DNA of 64,000 nt from Prorocentrum cordatum (GCA_963575745.1 CAUYUJ010000003.1:682001-746000), one strand, 5' to 3'. Positions 39,201 to 52,140 are shown, numbered from the stretch's first letter. Notes: a model not told the origin generated them from the sequence alone. Numbers and translations: made by a program.

Positions 39201-39764
39201 GCCGACCACACCGGGCACGCGGACACCCCCTTGCCCGGAGTATATCCAGGATGGGATGGACGATACCTTGGACGTCGCAACAACGTACCGCCTACCATTC
39301 CCGAAGACGCCGGCGGAGATGTCTACATGGAGCCGCCGATGATTGCCGTCGCAGCACAGAGTTCATCATCAGCAAGCAGATCGGCAGCGCCAGCCGCACC
39401 GCCACCATCACCGGACAGCTTCGCGCAGGGAGCAAGTTCTGCGCCATCATCCCCGATGACGGTTCACAGTTCTTCGTCAGCCAGTGTGGTTTCGTGGAAC
39501 GGATCGACGCCAACGGTCTCGCCATCGGAGATGAACGCATGTGTGATCGCCGAGCACAACATACGCGTGGGCCACAACACACATAGTGTCTACATAACCT
39601 GCAGGACGTGCAGGAAGCATGCGTCATGGCTTCGCAGGAATCACATGACCCATGAGCCAGACTTTTCGAGGATGCACAATAGTCTGCGCTGGGATTTGCA
39701 GAATAAATGGAGGCAGCTACAAGGGTTGCCCGGCAAGGCGAAAGCTCAAAAGAAGATTTCGTGA
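36138..39764 (+). CDS. pol: Pol C-terminal ORF: linker, copia RT, RNase H, then TM and Zn-finger extension
   Basis: TRWVLTQK..KARLVVQG..DAPT, IYGTRDAGRQW, HVGD (catalytic HVDD altered at 37941), FSDAAF, STLAAE, YSDSNGL, ADALTK. Confidence 0.93.
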   Translation: MQWHGPGIIIGFEGTSNAWVSHRSTTVKVNRGHLRHATASELVPWGQVLNAMNGNQPPPPPGQPPADQPPPPDGPRPPGPGGGGEGSPHEGGDGGGGGLPSSDQGGYGDTFIDLTGETPKKRPRVENVPPALPPPPTAIKQHNFGNIEDSPHNRRAHATLEWIRRRQGDEEYTTSGGASGSGSAPAPSGGDLPGLPAPVSDSAAAADPAHDLAHDPAHAQIQAQEDPDRAEDPAPEPAMQPEVHDEQPEERDGVRLPPPGARRTEADGHSSDADSSGSEGLRDWSKAAEEEVRREAFASRPQHPEGQRGNKAQRQAQKEDAPRALERDRHDQTDDRSKAIKRKEFLESLKDDLPKCFKRPKDTLRTDLYLDNYFEVNDDDLHSTIRLREVMLTGKAAAKEIKYDKLSAKDKKLMDTAMKVEWPKWTEFGAYKKLPHKELKEIFQRHPGIRPVGTRWVLTQKAANLMKARLVVQGCQEDKSQIRTDAPTGSRDALYLTLAAAAQLGWDLTSYDAMTAHLQSGNIERLLLLRMPAKNPPPGTLPGEIAMATGAIYGTRDAGRQWYLYAQKVFQEHGLIESKLEKGLYYFYDDKGLAATIHSHVGDFLIAQRGSSSEWKRVISSLQKKLHLKKVEGIIKYCGRTINKINEEHRITQATAAAQVDFIELNAQRGRSPEDRLTTSEVSGYRHTLGQLLWLEAQTRVDIACPVSLAARRTNTATVADAKTLNKTVAYVHGSADFAIVIKRNIIDLRTCTIICFSDAAFANVDGVKSQWGMAIGLTHKPRDVVAGRYDLCLPVAWHSGTVKRSVKSTLAAEGYATLEGAESSTWFGQLLTEADNPKKTLKQIDDLSTKRSGEIYSDSNGLVTHIKSDVGQSTDKRFRIVASMIKETAHPNSQLRLSWIPTWSMVADALTKIMETGVLLAFLGAKKHNFGTRQPHAAMLASVLMTCLGRVKAQPPSQEWQVPMSYWVYYMTFIAMLSGITIGFTLFAALWFVVRREIFGSGDPNPIQIGTINNTSNGSKADHTGHADTPLPGVYPGWDGRYLGRRNNVPPTIPEDAGGDVYMEPPMIAVAAQSSSSASRSAAPAAPPPSPDSFAQGASSAPSSPMTVHSSSSASVVSWNGSTPTVSPSEMNACVIAEHNIRVGHNTHSVYITCRTCRKHASWLRRNHMTHEPDFSRMHNSLRWDLQNKWRQLQGLPGKAKAQKKIS

Positions 39765-39785
39765 TGCCCGCCGCCGCTCTATACT

Positions 39786-39962
39786 TGGCGCCACATTGTG
39801 TGGCAGATTATGTTAGTCCGCATCGTTTTGTCAGCTCGTTTCTTTACACCTGGCGCCACATCGTGTGGCAGACTACTTTAGTCCGAATTGTCTTACCAGC
39901 TCGTTTTTTTGTACCCGGTGCCACATCTTGTGGCAGACTACGCTAGTCCGCATTGTTCGAAG
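39786..39962 (+). repeat. Three 65-bp tandem units in the retrotransposon 3' UTR
   Basis: Units start at 39786, 39851, 39916; each contains GCCACA-NNN-TGTGGC. Confidence 0.9.
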
Positions 39963-40259
39963 CTTCATTCAGTGTGCACAGTTTTTTTTTAATGTGGTGA
40001 CGACCACACTATTAAGACCTTATCTTGATAAGATAGCGCTATTTGAGTTTTGTCGCATAGCGATCGGACTCGCGCTGCTGTTTGTTTGGCGAATGTATTT
40101 GTTTCTTGCCGGTGCGTGTAGCAGCACCCGCTAAATGCCCAGAGGCAGCCGGATAGCATGCCGACAAGGCCGTTTGCCTGCGTTTGTTTTGGAACGCTCT
40201 GATTAATGAAGTGAGCTGCGATCGGTGATCGTCGCTCGACGGCGCCGCGAGCGTCGATC

Positions 40260-40267
40260 AGGAGGAG
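40260..40267 (+). promoter_or_regulatory. Polypurine tract
   Basis: AGGAGGAG immediately before the 3' LTR TG. Confidence 0.8.
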
Positions 40268-40349
40268 TGTGATTCCCGCTCACTCCCCGTGCCTTTCCTG
40301 CTTCTTCCCTGCTTCCCCGCTCTATCTCTCATGCCCGCCTTGTCGCTGC
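40268..40349 (+). repeat. 3' LTR (partial)
   Basis: Matches 31079-31160 up to the N run. Confidence 0.92.
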
Positions 40350-40449
40350 NNNNNNNNNNNNNNNNNNNNNNNNNNNNNNNNNNNNNNNNNNNNNNNNNNN
40401 NNNNNNNNNNNNNNNNNNNNNNNNNNNNNNNNNNNNNNNNNNNNNNNNN
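40350..40449. other. Assembly gap (100 N)
   Basis: Direct reading. Confidence 1.
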
Positions 40450-43400
40450 ACGTCTTCTGGGACGACCGCGGCAAACCCACTGCGGGCCCCAAGAGTATAC
40501 ACCACCACCACCACCACCACCACCTCAAGTCCCCTTCCCTCCTCTACCCTCCTTCTCGCCTCCTCTTTCCTGGGAGAAGGATGGGGTTAGGGAGGTGGTG
40601 GTGGTGGTGGTGGTGGTGGTGGTGGTGGTGGTGGTGGTGGTGGTGGTGGTGGTGTATATTTGTTCCCAACCATCCTGTGTTGGGTCCTCGTCTTGAAGAG
40701 ACGGTCCCCGCGTTCCTCCTCTCCTCCTCTTCCCCCTCCTCCCCTCTCTCCTCCTTCTTCCATGCGTTTCACCCACCCTGTACAGCGCTTCGTGGCCCCA
40801 TAGGGAGCTCCACCGAAGCCCCCCGTGGGACCGCCCGCATGCGTCCGCCACCACCCAACACGGCTCTTGCTCCCTCGTTTCTCCCTCCCAGTACAAGGTT
40901 TCGTGGCCCCATAGGGGGCTCCACCGAAGGTACCAGTGGCACCGCCCGCATGCGTCCGCCACCACCCAACACGGCTCTTGCTCCCTCGTTTCTCCCTCCC
41001 AGTACAAGGCTTCGTGGCCCCATAGGGGGCGCCGTGGGCATCGCGGACGCACTGGCTCGCTCGCACGAGCGCCTCCAGCAACTAAGCCCTGCCGCCCGCC
41101 CGTTCTCGTACCTCGACGACGTGCTTGTGGTCGTGCCAGCTGCGTCCGCCGCTCTGGCCTACGTCGTGCAGGCAGAGCTCAGGCCGGTCTCGAGCTCAAC
41201 ACGGCGAAGACCAAGGTGTGGACCGCTAGCCCTGCCACCGCGGTGCCCCCCCAACCCGAGCATCTCCGGACTGCCACCCTTTCCCGTCTGGAAAACCCGG
41301 TCAGGTGGTATGACCGTGACGACGGCGGCGGCGACGACAGGCTGCCTCTCCTGGCCAGCTCCGATGGACGCGAGGTCCTGGACAAGACACGGACGGCACT
41401 TTCTGAGCCATTGTGGGACGCTGCGCCAGCACGGACTCTCGGCGGAAGGGGCGCACACGCTGCTCCGCACCTACGCCCAATGCACGCTGCTGCACCCACC
41501 TCCTTCGCGTAAGCTGCGAGACAGCCTGGGAGGGAGAGCTCGACGACTTTCTCTGAGGCGCCTACGCTGAACTGACCAGACCTCTGAGCAACGAACAAAA
41601 GGACTGGCTCACCCTCTGCCTAAAGGACGGCGGCAACGGCTTCCCCTCCGCCCAGGAGACCGCCGCCCGCGCTTACCTCGGAAATTGGGTTTTCTGCTTT
41701 CGGGGCGCGGCAGCTTGTCTCAGAGCCACCTAAGCGGAGGCCATCCGGGCCCGCTGCCCTCAGACAGCAGACACCTGGCGCCGCGCCGAAGCAGAACTCG
41801 ACCGCCAGGAAGCGAAGGCCGAACCCTTGGACAGGGGCACTGGAGTGCACGACTCCTTTCCTTCGGACACTGGACAAAGATTGCCAACTCACACTATGCG
41901 GAGCCTGGGGGCCTGGGCTGCCCCGCGAGGCGGACGACGCCCTCCCAGACGCTCACTTCTTGGCCAACCTACGCATGCGCCCCTGCTGCGACGTCGGCGC
42001 CCAGGGCGCGCGCTTCCAGCACCGCAAACGGGACCGCTCCCTGTGTGGTGAGACACAGGATGCCAAGGGCTGGCACGCCCGGAAGTGCGGGTGTGGGGGC
42101 AGCAGGGAGTACCGACAACATTCCTTGCGCGACTGGAGCGTGCCATGGCACTGCACGCAGACTGGCCACCGCGACCGAGCAGCGCGTCCCTGCTTGGGAT
42201 CGCCAGCACCCTGACACTGGCGCGTGGGAGGGGGCCATCCTCGACGTGGCTACTCGCGACCTCGTTACCAGCGGCCTCGTCTACGTTGTCTTGTCTACCA
42301 CTTGAGAACACAGCGACAACAACGCTCGCAGACACACAAGGGTCGCACGGACGGGGTGGCGGCTGCCCAGGCGGTTGACGGGAAGCGGGTGCGCTACCCT
42401 GCTTCCAGTGGGGAGCTGGTCCCACCCGTCTCGGAGTCAGGAGACCGACCAGTCGACGAGCTGGTCGCCTTTGTCCGCTCTTACGGCCGCGACTTGCTGG
42501 AGACCGACCGGTCTGGCGTGATTTCCACCACCTGGAGGAAGACACAACGCTGCTTGGCTTTCGGAAGCGCAGAGATGTTGCTCAGTGCGACGTGAACAGC
42601 CAACCAGCCCCCCAACAGCCAGCACAACGACCACCGCCGCTACGACCACTACCAGCTCCGACGCGGCCACCACCGCTAGTACGACGACCAGTAACACGGC
42701 CACTACCCCGACCCCTGCGACCACCACGTCGACCACCACGACGACCACAACGACCACGCAGCCACCGCCACGACTCCTACCACCACGGCCACAAAACCAA
42801 CTCCTCCACCACGACCGCCACGACCACCACGACTACTACGACCACCGCCTGGGCGACACCACGATGCCCACGACCATAACCACCGTCTTCACCATTACAA
42901 CTCCGACGACCGTCATGACCACCACCAAGGCGGCCGCGACCTCCACGACCACCGCCGCGACGAATACTCCTACGACCTCCACCCCAGCCCCCGCCCCCAA
43001 GACGGGATTGGCCGATAGCTTGTTCTGCTATTCGTACCCCACCCCTGCTTGTTGTTCTGCCTGGCTCCTCCATTCCACCTCTCCCTCCTCCTCCTCCTCC
43101 TCCTTCCATCCTAATCCTCCTCCTCCCCCCTTTTTTTCTCCTATTCACTCCCTCCTCCTCCCCCCCCTCCCCCTCCTCCCCCTCCTCCTCCTCCTCCTCC
43201 TCCTCCTCCTCCTCCTCCTCCTCCTCCTCCTCCTTGCCTCCTCCTCCTCCTTGCCTCCAAATATTATGGCGTTGCTGCCGCGCGCGGGCTGGCGCGGTTT
43301 TCACCAGGGGGCCGCCGCCAGCTGCCGTGCCCAGGCCTGGTTGCCCCCCTGGGTGCCGGGGACTGCCCTTCCCTCCCCCCCCCCGCGAGACAGGGAGAGG

Positions 43401-43845
43401 GAAAAAGAGTAAGAGACGGAGAGAGGGAGACGGAGAGAGAGAGAGAGAGAAGGAGAGATGACAAGATGATGAGGATGAGGAGGAGAAGGAGGGAAGAAGG
43501 AGGAAGACGAGGAGGATGGGTGGCGCTCCCGGGACGAGCCTGCCGGTGCCGCGCGGCGCGCCCCGACGGGTTCCGCCCAAGATCTGCGCGGTCCTTGGAC
43601 GGGGCCGGGCAGGGCACGCCGTGCGGACCATGAGCGAGGCGGGCACCTAGAAGAAGGCACACCTGCCCCCCAAACACACACACTCACACACACACACACT
43701 AACTAACAAACACAAGCACGAGCACAAACACAAACACAAACGCAAACACAAACGCAAGCACACAAGCACACACTCACTCACTCACTCACACACACACACG
43801 CACGCACGCACGCACGCACCCACTTACACACACGCACACAAACAC

Positions 43846-43914
<69 letters not shown>

Positions 43915-45587
43915 CACACGCACACACGCACGCACGCACGCACGCACGCACGCACACGCACACACACAAACACACACACACACACACGCGTGTGTGTCTC
44001 AGTGTGGACCCCTGGCAAAAAGCTACGGCCCTGTGGACGCATAGGCTAGATGTTGCAGGCTATGTGGTGTCGGCTGCGCACTGCAACACAAGTGGTGATG
44101 TCTATGCGGCGCAAGATCTGTGGTGCATGCTGTGTGGTGTAAGTTATATAGCGCAAGCAATGCGGTGCTATCTGCATGGTGCAAGCTGTGTGTTGTAAGC
44201 AATGTGCGGTGCAAGCTATATTGTGCAAGCTATGTGGTGCAAGCTTCGTGGTGCAAGCTATTTGGTAAAATAATTTCCCCAACGTCGACCCCAAATATAT
44301 AGGCGCGAAGCACAACTGGCCCACAGAGCCAGCAGAGGCTTCCCGCCCCTCCAGAGGGGCACCATCCTCGTGAGAGACGCCATTTTCTGAAAGGCCAGGA
44401 CGCCCGAGGAAGCATCCTCGTGAGGGTCGCCATTTTCTGAAGGGCCAGGGCGCTTGAAGTACAACTGGCCTGCAGAGCCGGCAGAGGACTTCAGCCCCTT
44501 CTAGGGGTTCAGCATCCTCGTGAGGGTCTCCACTTTTCGGAGGGCCAGGGCGGCCAACCCAAAATTAGCCCACAGAGCCGGCAGAGGGCTCCTGCTCGTC
44601 CAGGGGGGCACCATCCTCGTGAGTGTCGCCACTTTGAGGGGCCAGAGCGCCCGACCCACAAATGAACTACAGAGCCGGCAGACGGCTTCAGTCCCTCCAG
44701 AGGGGCACTCTGCGTGAGGGTCACCACTTGCCGAGGGCCGGGGCGCCCGACCCAAAATTAGGTCACAGAGCCGGCAGAGGGCCCCTGCTCCTCCACGGGG
44801 GCACCATCTGCGAGGCAAATTGTTATACACCGCCACCGCCCGCAACAGTAATTTATCGCCAGAGCGGCTAGGGGCAAGGTCATGCCAGACGACGCTGCGA
44901 CGCCGCGGCGAAAAGGAGCGCGGCGCAGCGCGCAGGCGCTGTGGCATGGGGGAGCTCCTGAAGCAAAAACAAAACTTTTTGGTGGTGGTGTATAAAAATC
45001 GCTCCTCTTTGTAACCAAAACTATTTGTTCACCACCACCCCGCGTTTTTTGGTTAATTCTTTTTCGGTCCTTAAGAGAGAAAGGGCAGCCCACTTGCCGT
45101 TGGCGGCGGGAGCGGGACTGCGGGCTTGTCACCAGAGCAAAACTGCACCAAATCGTATCGTAGATTGTTCCCGATCTTGGTGGTGGTAGTCATATACTGT
45201 GCCCAGACCACCCTCGTCGGGGTCGCAACTTTCCCAGGGGCCACGGGGCTCGAACCACAACTGGCCTACAGAGCCGGCAGTGGGCTTCACTCCCTCCAGA
45301 AGAGCACCATCCTCGTGAGTGTCGCCACTTTCCGCAGGGCCAAGGCGCCCGAGCCAAAATTTGCCCACAGAGCCGGCAGAGGGCTCCTGCTCATCCAGGG
45401 GGGCACCATCTCCGTGAGAGCAATCGCCCGAGGCACAACAACAACAACAACAACAACAATCATTTTACCCGAACGCTCAGTGTTCTCACCAGTGCCAGGG
45501 TTTTCATGCGACGCCAGCCAATACCCCCACTTCGTGGGGGGGCATTACAAGCTCTACCAAATATCCAAACGACTCTTCGCGACCACC
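40450..45587 (+). repeat. Near-identical duplicated block, copy 2
   Basis: Matches 22598-27702; more diverged homology continues to ~48170. Confidence 0.95.
41030..42595 (+). mobile_element. Second copy of the truncated CRE-like non-LTR retrotransposon
   Basis: Same ORFs as 23184-24749 at offset 17846. Confidence 0.8.
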
Positions 45588-48221
45588 AAACCCAGTTCCC
45601 GGCCCTATACGTGGGGGACAATTCACTTTTCGTGGCCTGCGGCGAACGTGCTACTACACTGGCGTGGAGTACACACACTACAGAAGTTGGTTTAAGCCGA
45701 GTTCGTAACCCACAGGAAGTTGTTTAGCCTTGTTAACCCACAGAAAGTTGTCTATGCCTTCCACCACAGAACATCTGTGGCATATGATGCATATGGTTAC
45801 CATTGATACACATTGATACACACGATACGTTACTCAACTAAGATAGTTGGATCCTACATATGGTTTTTGGAGATTTCGGCGTGCGCGCGCGAAGAAAAAA
45901 CGAATGTGTCCCGCATGGTATTATTTGACAGGGATGATGGCCCTGGCAGGTGCGCTACCGTTGTCGCAGAAGTTCGAAAAAGTTGCTCGCAAAAGCCCGT
46001 TTGACAGAAATGTTTAAAAAGTGTTGGGTTTCCTACGAATCCGCAAAGAGCGCGCGGGATGAGATTTTGACATTTTTTTGTTGAAAAACCATTGGTTTTT
46101 TGATGTTTTTATGTTAAAATCGCTCCGAACACTAAGCTTTTGGAAGGATTTCGTCTTGCGCGCGCGAATGTCCACTTTACCTTATTTTTTGCCAGGGATT
46201 CTTGAAATTTGATTATATTAGAACAAGAAATGTCATTTTATAGTGTTTTTTTGCAAGGGAAAACGGATTACAACAAAACAACCGGATCTGGACCCCATCC
46301 ACTTTTCTGAAGCTTTCGCGAAAAAATGATGAAAATGTAGCTGCGGCCTCGGCGCGGCGGGGGGGCCGTGCACCAGGGGTCCCAACAATAATTATTCTTT
46401 AGAACTAATAATGTTCAACAACAACAACAATGCTTTTAAGACGTTCGCCCTTTATTTATGCTACAGTGTTTTTCCAATAACGGCGTATTCCCCAACCCTC
46501 GTTACCCCGCCATCGTCGTCTTCGAGCGTACCCTTTTGGGGGGTATTACTTTTCTTCCCTTGCAGCCGGGCCTTTGGCAAGCGGCGGGGCGGATGGCCGC
46601 GGAACGTCCGGCCTGGCCAGCGGCAGCGCTGAATCGGCGGGGCGCCGGGACCGTCGACCGACCCAAAGTGGGCGGTCAGGGGACGACCACGAGGATGACG
46701 ACGGACGGGATGGCGACGGCGACGACGACGACGAGAGCGCGGACGACGAGTCGAAGACGGGACGGCGACGACGACGATGGCGTCGACGAGCGAAAGCGAG
46801 AGCGATCGAGAGATAAGACAGCAGGGCCACGTAAGGGCTACGAAGACTAGGCCACGATAAGGGCGACAGCGGGGACACGAAGGGAATGCGTACGGGGCCA
46901 CGAAAAGCGCGAACGAGCGGAAGCCACGAAGTGCAGATAATGCGGGGCCACAGAAGACAACTATGGGGCCACTGAGGGTAGCAACTGGGCCACGTAGGAC
47001 AGTGAGGGGGACACAAATGGCGACAGCGGGGCCACGAAGGGCATGCACATGGGGCCACAACGGGCGCGACTCCTGGGTGCCTGGGTGTCGGGAGCGCGGA
47101 GCTTGGGCAAATTGCAAGAAATTCCAACGCAAGGCCAATCTTCAGCAAGTCCCACCAGCCCTTTGGGCGTGAGTGGTTTAGCGAGCTTTCTCTGTCCTCA
47201 ACCCCCCTTCTTCCCCTTCGGGGAGGGGTTTACCCCTCCCCCTACCCCCTCCCCCTGGGCCTGGACAGGGAGCCCCGAGTGTTCTCAGGGGGGTCTTTTT
47301 CGACTCCTGGGAGGGCCAAAAAACGACGACCCTCACGAGGATTCTGGCCCCGACGGGGGGACCTTAAAAAAACCCTCTCCTCTTCTGTGAAGCCAAAATC
47401 ATTGATTTTACTACGGTTTCGGCCTCATTTTGGCCTTCTGAGGGGGCAGCGCTCCTCAGACTTGTTCTCAAAATCATTGATTTTACGAAGGTTTTTTTGG
47501 GCTCATTTTGTCTTTCTCAGGGGGTAGCGCTCAGATGCGCTTCTGAGGAGGTCGCAAGAGGCCCCCAAGAGGCCCCAAGATGCCCCCAGGAGGCTCCCAA
47601 GAGGCCTCCAAGAGGCCCCCAAGAGGCCCCCAAGAGGCCCCTAGAGGCTCCCAACAGGCTCCCCAGATGCCCCCACGAGGCCCCCTGAGCCCCCAAGAGG
47701 CTCCCAAGAGGCCGCCAAGAGCTCCCCAAGAGGCCCCCAAGAGGCCCCAAGAGGCCCCCAAGAGGCCCCACGAGGAGCCCGAACGACTCACACCAGGACG
47801 AGGGGCCCGAAAACGACTCACACCACGAAGAGCCCGAACGACTCACACCACAAGGAGGGGCCCGAACGACTCACACCAGGACGAGGCGCCCGAACGACTC
47901 ACACCACGAGGCGCCCGAACGACTCACACCACGACGCGGGCCCCGAACGACTCACACCACGAGGAGCCCGAACGAGTCACACCAGGAGGAGGGGCAGCGC
48001 TCATACAAGCCCCCCAAGATGGCCCCCAGAGGTCCACCAGATGGCCCCAAGAGGTCCCCAGATGGCCCACAAGAGGTCCCCAGGAGGCACCACGAGGCCT
48101 CCATGAGGCCCCCAAGATACCCCCAAGAGGTCCCCAAGAGGCCCCAAGAGGCGCCGAAGACGCCCCAAGAGGCCGCCGAGCGGCTTCCAAACACATCTAC
48201 CCGTTTGACTACATCATCTCG

Positions 48222-48301
48222 TACTACTACAACTACAACTACTCTTACGACTACTACCAGACCTACTCGAACTACTTTGAGTCCTACTACCACTAGAACT
48301 A

Positions 48302-48383
<82 letters not shown>

Positions 48384-48662
48384 CACTATGGCTACTTATT
48401 ACTACTACTACTACTACTACTACTACGACTACTACTACTACTACTACTGCCACTATCACTACTTATTACTACTACCACAACTTCCATATAGACCACTGAT
48501 CTAGTGACTGCCTCTGTTACTGGGGCAACTAGTGCGACGACGACGTTGACGACTACGTTTGCTACTACCGCTGATATACTGGAAATACCACTACTACTAC
48601 TACTGCTACTACTACTACTACTACTACTACTACCACTACGACTACTACTCCCACTACTACTC

Positions 48663-48760
<98 letters not shown>

Positions 48761-48835
48761 ACGACTACGACTACGACTACGACTACGACTACGACTACGA
48801 CAACGACTACGACTACGACTACGACTACGACTACG

Positions 48836-48867
<32 letters not shown>

Positions 48868-48898
48868 GACGACTACTACGACTACTACGACTACTACG

Positions 48899-48963
<65 letters not shown>

Positions 48964-49114
48964 GACTGCTACTACTACTACCACTATCACTACTTATTAC
49001 TACTACCACAACTTCCATATAGACCACTGCTCCAGTGACTGCCTCTGTTACTCAGGCAACTAGTGCGACGACGACGTTGACGACTACGTTTGCTACTACC
49101 GCTGATACTGGAAA
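48222..49114. repeat. (CTA)n/(CTACGA)n microsatellite with a ~135 bp direct repeat
   Basis: CCACTATCACTACTTATT..GATACTGGAAA at ~48450-48585 and ~48981-49114. Confidence 0.9.
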
Positions 49115-50694
49115 ACCCACCAGCCCTTTGGGCGTGAGTGGTTTAGAGAGCTCTCTCTGTCCTCAACCCCCCAACCCCCCTTCTTCCCCTTCGGGGAGGA
49201 ATTTACCCCTCCCCCTGCCCCCTCCCCCTGGGCCTGGACAGGGAGTCCCGAGTGTTCTCAGGGGGGTCTTTTTCGACTCCTGGGAGGGCCAAAAAACGAC
49301 GGCCCTCACGAGGATTCTGGCCCCGACGGGGGGGCTCTGAAAAAACCCTCTCCTCTTCTGTGAAGCCAAAATCATTGATTTTACTACGGTTTCGGCCCCA
49401 TTTTGGCCTTCTGAGGGGGCAGCGCTCCTCTTCCTTCATAGCAAAATCATTGATTTTACGAAGGTTTTGGGCTCATTTTGTCCTTCTCAGGGGGCAGCGC
49501 TCATTTGCGCTCCTGAGGAGGTCGCAAGAGGCCCCAAGATGGCCCCAAGAGGCCCCCAGGAGGCTCCCAAGAGGCCTCCAAGAGGCCCCCAAGAGGCCCC
49601 CAAGAGGCCCCCAGAGGCTCCCAACAGGCCCCCAAGAGGCCCCCACGAGGCCCCAAGAGGCCCCACGAGGCCCCCAAGAGGCCCCCAAGAGGCCCCCAAG
49701 AGGCCCCCAAGAGGCCCCACGAGGCTCCAAGAGGCCCCCAAGAGGCCCCACGAGGAGCCCGAACGACTCACATCAGGACGAGGGGCCCGAACGACTCACA
49801 CCACGAAGAGCCCGAACGACTCACACCACACGGAGGGGCCCGAACGACTCACACCAGGACGAGGCGCCCGAACGACTCACACCACGAGGAGCCCGAAGGA
49901 CTCACACCACGACGCGGGCCCCGAACGACTCACACCACGAGGAGCCCGAACGAGTCACACCAGGAGAGGGGCCCGAACGACTCACACCAGGATGAGGGGC
50001 CCGAACAACTCACACCACGAGAAGCCCGAACGACTCACACCAGGACGAAGAGCCCGAACGACTCACACCACGAAGAGCCCGAACGACTCACACCAGGAAG
50101 AAGGGCCCGAACGACTCACACCCAGACGAGAAACCCCAAACGACTCAAATCAGGAGGAGCGCTTTCTCTCCCTCCTCCTCCGCCTCGTCCTTCTCCCGCT
50201 CCCCCCACAAGGAGGATGTACAAGGAGGCGGGAGGAAGGAGGAACAGGGGAGATATGCGGGGCCCAGCGGACACACGCCTGAAAAACACGACTGTCGGCA
50301 TGCTTCGCGAGAGTTGCTGCTGTGAGATGGGCTGGTGGGGACACGCGAAGCGTAAAGAATTGCAAGCAAGTCTACAGCGAGAGCGCGACTCCAGAGCGCC
50401 GGGAAAGCGATTCCTCAATAGATTGTAAGGAAGGCCCCAACGAGAGCGCGATTCCTGCATAAAATGCGAGGGAGTCTCGGGCGGGAGCGGGGGTCCTGGC
50501 TAAATTGCAAGCAAGTCTCAGGCGGGAGCCGTTGTTGTTGTAACCCGGGGGCCAGGGGGCCAGTTTGAGCAGGAAGACTCTCCCTGTCAAAAAACAGGGT
50601 GCGAGCGTCGAGGGGCACACTTTGATTGAGAAACAACAGTATGCACCGGTGGGGGGGGATTAACAATACATATTCTTCAGAAATGAGAATTCAA

Positions 50695-50812
<118 letters not shown>

Positions 50813-51156
50813 TATGACGTTCGACCTTATCTGCTCGAGTGTCCAATAACGCGTATTTCCCAAACCCTCGATACCCGCCCTCTTCGTCTTCGATCGAACC
50901 CCTTTTGGGGGGTATACCTTTCTTCCCTGCAGGCCGGGCCCCGGCAAGCGGCGGGGCGGCCGCGGACCGTCGGCCTGGCCAGCGGCAGCGCTGATCGGCG
51001 GGGCGGCCGCGGACCGTCGACCCGACCCCAAGAGGGACGGACAGGGGACCGACCACGACGACGACGACGACGATGACGACGACGACGGCGACGACGACCA
51101 CGACGACGACGACGAAGACGACGAGCGAAAGCGAGAGCGAGAGAGAACGACAGCAG

Positions 51157-52140
51157 GGCCACGAAGGGCACGAAGTAGGCCACGAAGGGCGACAGCGGGG
51201 ACACGCAAGGAATGCGTATGGGGCCACGAAGAGCGCGAACGAGCGGGGGCCATGAAGGGCAGATAATGCGGGGCCACAGAAGGCAACGATGGGGCCACTA
51301 AGGGTAGCAACTGGGCCACGCAGGACAGCGAGGGGGCCACAGACGGCGACAGCGGGGCCACGAAGGGCATGCACGTGGGCCACAACGGGCGCGAACGAGC
51401 GGTGGCCACGAAGGGCATACGTATGTTGGGCCGCGGAGGGCAAGGACGGGGCCACTGAGGGCAGCAACGGGGCCACTGAGGGTAGCAACTGGACCACGCA
51501 GGACAGTGAGGGGGCCACAAACGGCGACAGCGGGGCCACGAAGGGCATGCACGTGGGGCCACAACGGGCGCGAACGAGCGGTGGCCACGAAGAGCATACG
51601 TATGTTGGGCCGCGGAGGGCAAGGACGGGGCCGCTGAGGGTAGCAATTGGGCCACGCAGGACAGCGAGGGGGCCACGAAGGGCGACAGCGGGGCCACGAA
51701 GGGCATGCATATGGGGCCACCACGTGCGCGAACGAGCGGGGGCCACGAAGGGCATACATATATGGGGCCACGAAGGGCAGCGAGGGGGCCACTGAGGGCT
51801 GCAGCGGGGCCACGAAGGGGAGCGAGGAGGCCATGAAGGGCTGCAACGGCGCCACGAAGGGCTGCAACGGGGCCACGAAGGGCTGCGAGGAGGCCACGAA
51901 GGGCTGCAACGGGGCCACGAAACAAAGCGAGGGGGCCACGAAGGGCTGCAACAGGGCCACGAGACAAAGCGAGGGGGCCACGAAGGGCTGCAACGGGGCC
52001 ACGAAACAAAGCGAGGGGGCCACGAAGGGCTGCAACGGGGCCACGAAACAAAGCGAGGGGGCCACGAAGGGCTGCAACGGGGCCACGAAACAAAGCGAGG
52101 GGGCCACGAAGGGCTGCAACGGGGCCACGAAGGGCAGCGA
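51157..52140. repeat. 21/42-bp minisatellite (GGGGCCACGAAGGGC core)
   Basis: Near-perfect 42-bp units at ~51890-52130; source of the spurious 530-aa ORF; shorter arrays at 28960-29195 and 46820-47065. Confidence 0.92.

Larger units (their letters stand above)
31079..40349 (+). mobile_element. Ty1/copia-type LTR retrotransposon, degenerate, 3' LTR cut by assembly gap
   Basis: LTR-PBS-gag-PR-IN-RT-RH-PPT-LTR order with IN before RT; the 82 visible bp of the 3' LTR match the 5' LTR. Confidence 0.95.

Noticed and set aside
49395..49415. CCATTTTGGC matches in the GAGGCCCCCAA module, GCCATTTTACCCTCATG near 7522, TGGCGCAAG motifs near 5970-6015(-)
   Set aside because: Only partial SL similarity, with no downstream ORF or TSD
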